A stretch of 64,000 bases of DNA from a virus (taxonomy: Duplodnaviria; Caudoviricetes): positions 685 through 64,684 of IMG/VR virus record IMGVR_UViG_3300046170_000211, one strand, 5' to 3'. The notes below the pieces were generated by a model. That model was not told the origin of the DNA and ran no database searches. It was given only the letters and a program-made list of their open reading frames with translations. Shown here piece after piece: positions 56,331-64,000 of this stretch (positions within the stretch are counted from its first letter, which is position 1; every line of letters starts with the position of its first letter). The position numbers and the translations under genes are program-made.

Positions 56331-56700
56331 TTTGTTTAGCCTCTAAATCTATAATACGATCTTCATGAAATTGTATGACCATGTCATTTTTTAATATCAT
56401 TGGAATCTCTGACTCCATCTGTTCTTTTAGTTTATCTACATTCTCACCCAGGTATTCCACCAACATGTAGAGCTCTTGGACTTGTGGACTGACCATGCCG
56501 CCCTTGGGGACAGAATCTATAAAAGCATTTGCAGCTTCCAGGTCTTTGTGCATTAGTCTTATGTCTGACTCTATAGTATTAAGTCGCTCAATGACGCCAA
56601 AGGCGAACCAAGCACCCACAAGAAGACTGCAAACAATAGTAAGAAGGTTACGCGCCGGCATTGAGATAGCGGTGTTTTCATCGACATCTAATCTTTTCAT
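56317..56700 (-). CDS. Membrane-anchored coiled-coil protein
   Basis: TM helix LLTIVCSLLVGAWFAFGVI followed by a coiled coil. Confidence 0.6.
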   Translation of the reverse strand: MKRLDVDENTAISMPARNLLTIVCSLLVGAWFAFGVIERLNTIESDIRLMHKDLEAANAFIDSVPKGGMVSPQVQELYMLVEYLGENVDKLKEQMESEIPMILKNDMVIQFHEDRIIDLEAKQNGNH

Positions 56701-56997
56701 TTAACACTTCCATCTTCTACGTGCCTGTCTAATTCTAGAGTTAGGATCGTTTTTAGTTTTTTCTGATGATCTTTTTAACTGACCTGCTGATCGTGCGCAG
56801 TATGATTTACGCCTCTTTGCAGCTTTGCTACCTGGTTTAACTTTACCGGTGACTGCAGTTTTTAATTTGCTTCCAGGGTTTGCACGTCTATAGGCTTTTA
56901 CACCTTTAGCTGTCATACCTGCACCTGATTTGGTCTTGCGATAGTTTGCGCCCTTACCAGTTGTGGTTTTCGGTATTTGCCCCCTAGTTGTAGACAT
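56701..56997 (-). CDS. Small basic phage protein (DUF6321-like)
   Basis: GSKLKTAV...KRRKSYCARS...SRIRQARRRWKC. Confidence 0.7.
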   Translation of the reverse strand: MSTTRGQIPKTTTGKGANYRKTKSGAGMTAKGVKAYRRANPGSKLKTAVTGKVKPGSKAAKRRKSYCARSAGQLKRSSEKTKNDPNSRIRQARRRWKC

Positions 56998-57167
56998 TAC
57001 GCTTTCTTGCTAGTCTTCTGACTTTGTTTTATAGCTTTAGCAGTTGGTGCACCTTTAGCGCCTTTTTTACGCATTTTTTCACCGCGTTTTTTCTTTTGTG
57101 CGATGTTGTACCATAAACCTTTTTTAGCAGTCCTGCCGTCTTTTGTTACGTGTGTGTTTTTAGCCAT
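56997..57167 (-). CDS. Small basic protein (56 aa), not in ORF track
   Basis: MAKNTHVTKDGRTAKKGLWYNIAQKKKRGEKMRKKGAKGAPTAKAIKQSQKTSKKA. Confidence 0.65.
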   Translation of the reverse strand: MAKNTHVTKDGRTAKKGLWYNIAQKKKRGEKMRKKGAKGAPTAKAIKQSQKTSKKA

Positions 57168-57340
57168 TACTTAACCTTTCCGCCTCGCTTCATGCGTTTC
57201 TTCATCATGCCGCCGCCCATAGCTTTAACTCTTTTTTTCTTTTTCTTCATCATAGCAAAATCTTTTCCGTCAATTTTACCATCTTTGTTTTTATCTAGTT
57301 TTGACTGTTTACCTTTAAGTCTTTTTTTCATACCGGCCAT
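57167..57340 (-). CDS. Small basic protein with EF-hand-like loop (57 aa), not in ORF track
   Basis: MAGMKKRLKGKQSKLDKNKDGKIDGKDFAMM...KRGGKVK; AGGAG RBS. Confidence 0.65.
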   Translation of the reverse strand: MAGMKKRLKGKQSKLDKNKDGKIDGKDFAMMKKKKKRVKAMGGGMMKKRMKRGGKVK

Positions 57341-57872
57341 GTCTATATCTCCTATAAGATTGTCGTTTTAAAACTGTGCCCTCGTAGTAGTCACGGGGCC
57401 ACGCAGAATAATATCCTTTTTTGTGTAAAATGTCACTAGACTTTTCTAGCTTATCAAAATTTTGTATTAGCACCATTATGAACTCATTGTCTGGTTCCCA
57501 ATCACCTGTATCTAAAAACTCTACAGGATCGTCTTCCTCATCATCGTATGGATGTGATGCCATTAGGTATATGTCCTGGGGCACAAACACTACATTGTAA
57601 GCATGTATTACAGCACTAAGCTCTTCGGTGTCTATTTTTATGTCGTCACACCCTACAATAACTATATCTGTAGCAGAATCCTTAATGAGTTCTGTGCCTT
57701 CTACGATACTGTCTATTAGTTTAGTGTGGTCTGTTACTTCCAGGATCTTTAATGCTTTGGTTTCTCTAGCTTTCTTTGCATACGGGCATACAGGAACGTT
57801 GCCCAGGGCTTCACTTGGCTGTTCTATATAGTTTTTAGACCAATCAAGTATGTCTTCAGCTATCGTTCTCAT
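57315..57872 (-). CDS. DUF1415-like protein
   Basis: VCPYAKKA, MASHP, LHKKGYYSAW. Confidence 0.6.
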   Translation of the reverse strand: MRTIAEDILDWSKNYIEQPSEALGNVPVCPYAKKARETKALKILEVTDHTKLIDSIVEGTELIKDSATDIVIVGCDDIKIDTEELSAVIHAYNVVFVPQDIYLMASHPYDDEEDDPVEFLDTGDWEPDNEFIMVLIQNFDKLEKSSDILHKKGYYSAWPRDYYEGTVLKRQSYRRYRHGRYEKKT

Positions 57873-58260
57873 TTAAATGATTTTTTAACATGTCTAACAA
57901 CCAGGGATTATCTCTGTACACACCCATCATAGCATTAGATATTGTATTTACAGTCAATTCTTCTGCATCCTCTTCCTTAAGTGGTCCGTTTGCTTGGTTA
58001 AGAGAGAACACATAAACTACTGCATGTAGTATTTCATGCCATGTAGTATTGCAGCGTTCTTGTCCACATAGTTTGTCTTGAATATAAATAACACCCTCTC
58101 TGGCCCGGTACTCACCATAGCTCTCTGTCATGTCATCTAATATAAAACTAGGATTTACATATTTAATCTTAAGGGTTCTATAACCAACTTTAACTTCAGT
58201 AGGTCTGCCATTAGCTGGTACTTCGTGTGCTTCTGTTAGTATCTGTTTCTTCTTTATCAT
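57856..58260 (-). CDS. HExxH metallopeptidase-like phage protein
   Basis: YGEY...IYI...WHEILHA...EE. Confidence 0.6.
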   Translation of the reverse strand: MIKKKQILTEAHEVPANGRPTEVKVGYRTLKIKYVNPSFILDDMTESYGEYRAREGVIYIQDKLCGQERCNTTWHEILHAVVYVFSLNQANGPLKEEDAEELTVNTISNAMMGVYRDNPWLLDMLKNHLNENDS

Positions 58261-58272
58261 ATTTTTTCTCCT

Positions 58273-58488
58273 GTATAGTAAGATTTAGACCCCCCATTGT
58301 CAAAAAATTTGCAACAATTTGCGCGCGTAACCAAGTGTAAGGTGGTAGAGACGGTAGACTTGGTAGAGTAGGCGGTAGCTTGTTTCTTTAATAATATCAT
58401 ATACTTACCGTAAAATCTACCGTTACCACGTCGTTTTGAACTTTTTTACAAAAAAAATTAACACTAGGGGGTCAAATCTCCACTATAC
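58273..58488. other. Large imperfect palindrome with internal GGTAG repeats; candidate replication origin
   Basis: Outer arms GTATAGTAAGATTTAGACCCCC / GGGGGTCAAATCTCCACTATAC; four GGTAG facing three (C/T)TACC across an AT-rich centre. Confidence 0.5.
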
Positions 58489-58618
58489 GTAAAAGCAGTA
58501 TTACACAAAATAAGCACTATTGGGACCGTATACATGACAAGAATGGCCTTATCTATGTGCATTTGCTCCCAATTTGATTCAAATAAGAACTCATATAGCT
58601 TTCTTTTTAAATATTCTA

Positions 58619-58843
58619 TCACGTGTTATCTAGGTCTTTCAGGTATCTTGACTCACAAAACAGTTCCCAACTTTTTAGATCGTCACCATGTTTAATTATA
58701 TGAGGTGTCAATAGTTCCATTTTGTTTAAATGTATAAAATTATGACACTGCCAGGTATCCTCAAAAGACTTCCCTGTGTACTCTCTCATCACCGCTTCAT
58801 TTGTTCCTGCTACTAGCAGGTATATTGTTATTACAAAATACAT
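58619..58843 (-). CDS. Hypothetical protein
   Basis: ORF track. Confidence 0.55.
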   Translation of the reverse strand: MYFVITIYLLVAGTNEAVMREYTGKSFEDTWQCHNFIHLNKMELLTPHIIKHGDDLKSWELFCESRYLKDLDNT

Positions 58844-58845
58844 AA

Positions 58846-59544
58846 CTAACCCCTGTTTTCATAAAATAAGTCAACTCTTCTTAACCATTCATACTTCGCT
58901 TCGCGTAGTTCGTCACCTGAAATCGTAAATTCTTGATAATACAGGTCAGGAGTACATACCATATTGACACATTTATCTATATTTGTGCCATAAACATTGT
59001 CATGAGCCATCGCATAGCCTGCCATTTGCAGCTCATAGTCCCTGATCCATTCCTTCTGCTTCGGTTTATTACTTTGTTTGAAGTCTATAATAGCTAAATC
59101 ACCATCTAATCTTGCAATTAGATCACAAGAACCAGCGTACAAACCAGGATAGTACAGCGTTGCTTCATTACCATATATTTCATCTATTCTATTATCAATC
59201 CCGCGATCCACGATTTTTTCTGCCATTTTCTTGGCAACCAATCCAAGGTCTGTCAGGTCCATGTAGCCCTCGCCGAGACAATATTTCTCTAGATAGAGGT
59301 GCATTGCCGTGCCGCGCGCTGCGCTAGTCTTTGTTATTTCAGCCGCTTTAGCATGTCCGACACGATCTCGCCACCTTTGTAAGCCAGCCGCTTTATCTGA
59401 GTCTTGAGTCGCCGATAAAATGCTAGTAACCGATGGGAGAGGCTGTCCTTGAAGAACATCTGTAATAGTATAATGTCTGCTACCCTTATGAATGGCGCGA
59501 GTAGAAGTCGGATAATTATATTTTTGTACATTTATTAAATCCAT
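58846..59544 (-). CDS. PD-(D/E)xK exonuclease
   Basis: LPSVTSIL, RGTAMH, YAGSCDLI, IIDFKQSNK, LQMAGYA. Confidence 0.88.
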   Translation of the reverse strand: MDLINVQKYNYPTSTRAIHKGSRHYTITDVLQGQPLPSVTSILSATQDSDKAAGLQRWRDRVGHAKAAEITKTSAARGTAMHLYLEKYCLGEGYMDLTDLGLVAKKMAEKIVDRGIDNRIDEIYGNEATLYYPGLYAGSCDLIARLDGDLAIIDFKQSNKPKQKEWIRDYELQMAGYAMAHDNVYGTNIDKCVNMVCTPDLYYQEFTISGDELREAKYEWLRRVDLFYENRG

Positions 59545-60605
59545 TATGGCATCTTTCTAAAAATTTTCGACCATTTTTCTCTATTGTACTCAGAAAGCCT
59601 TATCTCATCAATGCGTTTAAATAACTCATCCCATGAAATATCTTCACCCTCTAAATTTATTTTCATAGTCATAGGTCCTTTGCCTGGATACAGCTTATCC
59701 AGGTAACCTGAGCAGCGCCACATACGACGTGTGTCGCCGTCTTCTACCGAAGTTGGTCTGGCATGTAGTGTAATTGCCTGGTCCATGTAAACAACCTCAC
59801 CATCTTTCCAGTTGTGTGTGTAGACGTATTCCGGTTTATCCATCAACGACCAAATATGTTTTGCGTATTTGTTTGACTCTTCCTTAGACATGTCCAAGAA
59901 ATGACTAAACAAAGTTCCAGGAAAATGTATACCAGGAACACCGCTTGCTGTTTCTGCGCGCAGTGGTGAAGTTAGTCCATCTAAAGGACAACCATTATAT
60001 TTCATAATAGCGTGTTGTTCTTCAATAAGGTCTCCTGCAAAATGATTGATTTTAGTCATGTCCCATTTATGCACTGACTTAAGTTCATCGACTTGCGACT
60101 TGTCTTCAGCGTTTAGTTTGTCATAACACTCTCTTGTTGACATAAACGTTGTTTGTGATCCTTCGCTACCTTCTACACTTGCTAAACCTACAACACGTTC
60201 TGCTGATTCAAAACTTGTCTGGTCATTATGCCAACCAAGTTTACCATTTGTAAAAATACCAAGAGCCCTACCTCTTCTATCTTTTTGAAAAGTTACTGAT
60301 TGCATGCGTCCGCGATGACGTGGGTTTATTAATTTACCAATACGTGCAGTTGTGTTACGCACTGCATTCCAATGCAACCCTTTTAATTTACCAACACCAA
60401 TTCCATATATAACAGGACTCATAGCAGAACTTCCCCAGGAATTTAAAATATCAAAATGTCTTTCTTCTGTTAATCTTTGCTTAACCACAACAACTTGTTT
60501 GTTGGCTACTAATCTACCTATGTCAGGTATGTGTTCGTCTTCAAATATATCAAAGTCAAACGCCTCAACTGCGTTTTGTAATTCTTGTACTTTCACGAGG
60601 ACCAT
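59544..60605 (-). CDS. TauD/TfdA family 2OG-dependent dioxygenase
   Basis: GWHND, T.F, YTHNWKDGEVVYMD...LHAR, RRMWR. Confidence 0.85.
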   Translation of the reverse strand: MVLVKVQELQNAVEAFDFDIFEDEHIPDIGRLVANKQVVVVKQRLTEERHFDILNSWGSSAMSPVIYGIGVGKLKGLHWNAVRNTTARIGKLINPRHRGRMQSVTFQKDRRGRALGIFTNGKLGWHNDQTSFESAERVVGLASVEGSEGSQTTFMSTRECYDKLNAEDKSQVDELKSVHKWDMTKINHFAGDLIEEQHAIMKYNGCPLDGLTSPLRAETASGVPGIHFPGTLFSHFLDMSKEESNKYAKHIWSLMDKPEYVYTHNWKDGEVVYMDQAITLHARPTSVEDGDTRRMWRCSGYLDKLYPGKGPMTMKINLEGEDISWDELFKRIDEIRLSEYNREKWSKIFRKMP

Positions 60606-61354
60606 CCTTTCTTAATTGGAGTTTTAAAACTTTTGTCTAAATATTTGTGCCAGTCCATTATACCAATTAATTCAAGGACTTCAAACGGCTTTAAATGTTC
60701 AAAATCCTCCATAAATATTGTTTGACAGTTTTTAGGTTTCATAGCTCTGTATGTTTTCCACGTTTGCTCCATGCCTTGTGTCCACCTATCCAAAGTTTCG
60801 GGCCTCGGTCCAAATTTTTTGAAACGCTGTATCAAACGTTCGTCTCCTTCTTTAAAATGATAACAACCTGTCGTCATGGATAGATACAAACTTTTTGTCT
60901 GAGCTCTTACACCACGTCGCTCACAACTTATGTAGTCGACATCCCATTCTGGTTTTGGATTTGTAACAAGTGGATATTTTAACAACACAAAATATTTATT
61001 TAATAACTTACTCAATATTTTTCTTCTTATTTGTTTAGCTGTTGTGTCTGGTTCCATGGTTGTAAATATAACATTATGTAAACCACCACGGTTTTGTTCC
61101 TTTCCGCGTACATATTGTCTTCCAGGGCTGTTAGTTATTAACAAACCATTATCATAAACAGAGTCTATAACTTCTGGTACTAAAAACTCATTAAGTCCTA
61201 TGTAGTTACACCTATTAAGATCATACTCTCTTTTATAAATAGAATCAAAAGCACCAATACTATCGTCGCCTTCGCGTGCTCTATAGTATCTATCCATACA
61301 TAGATATAAATATGTTGAACCACATCTCCCGTTGTGTAGTATAATTTTACTCAC
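60593..61354 (-). CDS. Sulfotransferase-like protein
   Basis: GRCGSTYL, LNEF, IFMED. Confidence 0.5.
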   Translation of the reverse strand: MSKIILHNGRCGSTYLYLCMDRYYRAREGDDSIGAFDSIYKREYDLNRCNYIGLNEFLVPEVIDSVYDNGLLITNSPGRQYVRGKEQNRGGLHNVIFTTMEPDTTAKQIRRKILSKLLNKYFVLLKYPLVTNPKPEWDVDYISCERRGVRAQTKSLYLSMTTGCYHFKEGDERLIQRFKKFGPRPETLDRWTQGMEQTWKTYRAMKPKNCQTIFMEDFEHLKPFEVLELIGIMDWHKYLDKSFKTPIKKGWSS

Positions 61355-61625
61355 TGAAATTTTTGTTTGTCTTTCTCCGCGCTTCTTCTAAAAATTTTTT
61401 AATTAAATGCAGCTCAGCTTTTAGTTTTCTGTTTTCATTTTTCAACGCACTTAATTGTAATATATAACCGTCCGAACCATATATTTGATAACAAGTCAAA
61501 TGCCATACATCAACAGCTTCTTCAAACCGCATTTCTAATTCCTCTATGTAATCTTTGTCTGTCTCAACAGCTTTGTCCATTCGACAAGAGTACTTATATT
61601 TATGTCCTGTTAGTTGTAGTCCCAT
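61347..61625 (-). CDS. Hypothetical protein
   Basis: ORF track. Confidence 0.45.
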   Translation of the reverse strand: MGLQLTGHKYKYSCRMDKAVETDKDYIEELEMRFEEAVDVWHLTCYQIYGSDGYILQLSALKNENRKLKAELHLIKKFLEEARRKTNKNFSE

Positions 61626-62394
61626 GTTTTTTTGCGTATCTTTTGTATTGTAATAAAACTCTTCTCCATATTGGTTGAACTTTTGTCCAATATTTTGGAG
61701 GATTATCTAATAATAATTCTTTTTTAACTTGTTGTAAATCCACATTTAAATAGTTATCCCAATCTACTTCCATAAACCACGGTGCCCGCTTACCTCGCCG
61801 CCATCCTTCAACCACAACCTTACAAAAAACTATAAGAGCTGAGTATTTAATAGCAATATACCAAGGAGTTCCCGGTGGATATTTAGAAGGAAGAAAAGTG
61901 TTTCTTATACTCATGACAAAAGATGCATACAAAATTGTAGCATATCCTTCTCGCCACTCTTTAGCTAGATTGAATGATAACACACCAACTTCACCAAGAG
62001 CGCTAGTGTCATAACCGTTTAAAAAATGTATTAAGTCATGTTCCATGGTGTTATACTTAAAGAACTTTTTTCTTTTTATATTGCCACCTCTGTTTTCGTA
62101 ACCAAACGTAAAAAGATCTACCATGTTATTTTTTGATAACCACGTTTGAAACTCATGACCAAATGTACCTGGTTTGAATGTGCCAGTTTTTATTTTATCT
62201 ATGACGTCAACTTCTGCCTCAAACACTTTCTTGCTTGTTTCTGTTTTACTAAATCTATTGAAATTTTTTATAATGTCTTTTTTATCTAGGCCGTAAATAA
62301 ACTTAAATATTAAATCAAGTGGAGGGTTGCTGTCAGTCTGTAAATGAGTTGCGTACTCCCAAATAAATTTTAACTGTAACCAGCGTTGTTTCAT
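61600..62394 (-). CDS. Coq4-like protein
   Basis: PGTFGHEF, HDLIHFLNGYDTSALGE (HDxxH-x11-E), GWRRGKRA, WDNYL..DL..VK. Confidence 0.75.
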   Translation of the reverse strand: MKQRWLQLKFIWEYATHLQTDSNPPLDLIFKFIYGLDKKDIIKNFNRFSKTETSKKVFEAEVDVIDKIKTGTFKPGTFGHEFQTWLSKNNMVDLFTFGYENRGGNIKRKKFFKYNTMEHDLIHFLNGYDTSALGEVGVLSFNLAKEWREGYATILYASFVMSIRNTFLPSKYPPGTPWYIAIKYSALIVFCKVVVEGWRRGKRAPWFMEVDWDNYLNVDLQQVKKELLLDNPPKYWTKVQPIWRRVLLQYKRYAKKHGTTTNRT

Positions 62395-63137
62395 TTATAC
62401 ATTTTAACTAGTCTACAAAGTTTCTCCGAATTATTTGTTATAGCAACCATGTCAGACGTCAGTTTTTTTGTCGAGTTTTGAGTTATGGCTGTGCCGTTTT
62501 CTAATGTGCAGTTTTGTCCAAAAAATATAAAACAATCATCACCTTCTTTTGCTGCAGTGATTGTTGTACCTGGAGCCACGTCTGCTTTTTTAAACGACCA
62601 CCCCGCTTCGTACTGCATTGGACACAATAGTCTTGTGTTTCTTTCTGTAATTTCTAATATTGTTTTGTAACAATCTGGGTCAAACTGTAAAGGTGAGTAT
62701 TTCCAATCACATGGTGTTTCTCCTAATGTTGTTTTACCTTCACACCACCCTGAACCAAATTCAACATCTGTTGAGCTGTGATATTCTGCGTGTTGTTCTA
62801 GAAGAGACTTGTAATCATCAACATCTGCATCGGAAAAATTATCTCCATCTTGCCATTCATGTCTTAATCTTACTGAACCTTCTATTAAAAAATAATTTAC
62901 ACCTGACAATAATATATTTGGATAAGTTGAATGTGGTGTGTACAAAAAATTACCATTTATATCTTTTGCACGTTCAGTTACTGATTCTTTAACAATTCTT
63001 TGACCTGGTTTTGTTGCTCTAGATACAGATATCTGAATTTTATTCTCAAAATTTTCAACTGAAAACATAATATTAAAAATCATATTGTCTCCGCGTCTTT
63101 TGGTTCTACTGCTTGAATGCCATTTGGTTTTAACCAA
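62391..63137 (-). CDS. Hypothetical protein (probable start MIFNIMF at 63085)
   Basis: ORF track; GGAG upstream of the internal ATG. Confidence 0.6.
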   Translation of the reverse strand: MVKTKWHSSSRTKRRGDNMIFNIMFSVENFENKIQISVSRATKPGQRIVKESVTERAKDINGNFLYTPHSTYPNILLSGVNYFLIEGSVRLRHEWQDGDNFSDADVDDYKSLLEQHAEYHSSTDVEFGSGWCEGKTTLGETPCDWKYSPLQFDPDCYKTILEITERNTRLLCPMQYEAGWSFKKADVAPGTTITAAKEGDDCFIFFGQNCTLENGTAITQNSTKKLTSDMVAITNNSEKLCRLVKMYK

Positions 63138-63454
63138 TTTTGAATTTGTGTTTTATCTTCTATTTTACCCTTTTCTTTTACCAACAAAGTTTCATGATCA
63201 GCATAATATGTTTCATGGTTTAACCCTAACTCTGTCATCCAGTCATTCAAGGCCACCCATTCAAAATGATGAATCTCATCATCAAAACCTTTTCTATTTT
63301 TTCTAATACTAAAAGTTTTAATAGTTAGGTCTGAATTATTTGGTGTTAAAGTTAGTTCCATTAAAGGGCTCTCGCCTTCTTCACCTGTTTCATCGTCAAC
63401 ATAACGACACATTTCTTCCGTTTCTAATAAAGATTTTGTCCAGGTAATCATCAC
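63080..63454 (-). CDS. Hypothetical protein
   Basis: ORF track; overlaps the upstream stop. Confidence 0.55.
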   Translation of the reverse strand: MMITWTKSLLETEEMCRYVDDETGEEGESPLMELTLTPNNSDLTIKTFSIRKNRKGFDDEIHHFEWVALNDWMTELGLNHETYYADHETLLVKEKGKIEDKTQIQNWLKPNGIQAVEPKDAETI

Positions 63455-64000
63455 GTAAAACTACCTTTGTTGCATACTAAATAAAAAGTTCCACTACTAG
63501 GCATTGCGCCAAGAATTGGGCTATTAGGACCATATTCAGCAGTAATACCATTTAGTCCGGACCATGTCTCAATAGTGCTAGCATAATGAGTAGGTGATTT
63601 TACTTTCATGTCACAAAGAAGAGAAGAAGTACTATAAACTTGAAAAAATATATTAGTGAAAATGGCTGATCCCACATTAAAATCAACATTAAATGGTGGA
63701 GCAACATTACTATTATTTGATGTAAAACTTCTTACTGTTCTTCCTGTAGAACCAACAGTAACTGACGTGTCTGACCAAGAACCAAAAGCTCCTGTAAAAT
63801 GCCCTTGAGTATCTACTCCACTATATGTTGTACTTAGCTTTCCTCCTGTGGCTGCACTACTAGCACTTCCTTTACCGTACACACCAACACCCTCTGAACC
63901 GTAAAAATCTCCAAAATCTATTTGACCTGAGGTTGGAATACTTAAATTTTTTGTAACGTTATAAACGTAAGTTCCGTTTCTGTAATAAGTATCAATAGCA
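63451..64000 (-). CDS. Partial tail-fibre adhesin-like protein; start lies beyond the window end
   Basis: Frame is open to the edge: ...YYRNGTYV...IPTSGQIDFGDFYG..., a motif recalled from small fibre-tip proteins; S/T/G-rich body. Confidence 0.6.
   Translation of the reverse strand, partial: AIDTYYRNGTYVYNVTKNLSIPTSGQIDFGDFYGSEGVGVYGKGSASSAATGGKLSTTYSGVDTQGHFTGAFGSWSDTSVTVGSTGRTVRSFTSNNSNVAPPFNVDFNVGSAIFTNIFFQVYSTSSLLCDMKVKSPTHYASTIETWSGLNGITAEYGPNSPILGAMPSSGTFYLVCNKGSFT

Larger units (their letters stand above)
1..64000. mobile_element. dsDNA tailed bacteriophage genome segment (podovirus-like, probably marine, alphaproteobacterial host inferred)
   Basis: Terminase, portal, capsid, scaffold, tail, lysis and replication genes fill the window; no host housekeeping genes; genes truncated at both edges. 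Confidence 0.96.

Noticed and set aside
58846-59544. Cas4 / CRISPR adaptation gene
   Set aside because: Lacks the four-Cys Fe-S pattern and has no array; a standard phage exonuclease is more likely.
1-64000. tRNA, rRNA, integrase or att sites
   Set aside because: None recognised by eye; tRNAscan-SE and HMM searches would be needed to exclude them formally.

Overview
The whole window is part of one AT-rich dsDNA tailed-phage genome and is cut mid-gene at both ends. The gene set suggests a podovirus-like marine phage resembling uncultured uvMED / HTVC023P-like pelagiphages; that assignment is from recall of the family, not a search. Modules in order: replication (family A polymerase, UvrD-like and SNF2-like helicases, AEP primase, SSB-like protein; 1-11 kb); lysis genes; ejection/internal virion proteins, tail and fibre genes; capsid, scaffold, GroES, portal and terminase (13-48 kb); a divergent plus-strand early region with repeated promoters and CAAGCnn heptamer arrays (48.3-52.3 kb); and an accessory enzyme region (2OG-Fe oxygenase, carbamoyltransferase, sulfotransferase-like, TauD, Coq4-like). 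The strongest candidate for a new system is a phage-encoded graspetide (omega-ester RiPP)-like cassette. It is an ATP-grasp ligase (12296-13060) translationally coupled to a leaderless 283-aa protein with nine T-x4/x6-E cores resembling plesiocin TTxxxxEE, lying between a holin-like gene and the endolysin. Other notable signals: a 22-aa 'empty' tail-fibre cassette bounded by direct repeats, 7-bp-phased arrays abutting early promoters, a five-hairpin intergenic element, a palindromic origin-like locus, a HAD domain inserted in a virion-module protein, and a CTG-start nuclease missed by the ORF track. I recognised no integrase, rRNA, tRNA or CRISPR array by eye.
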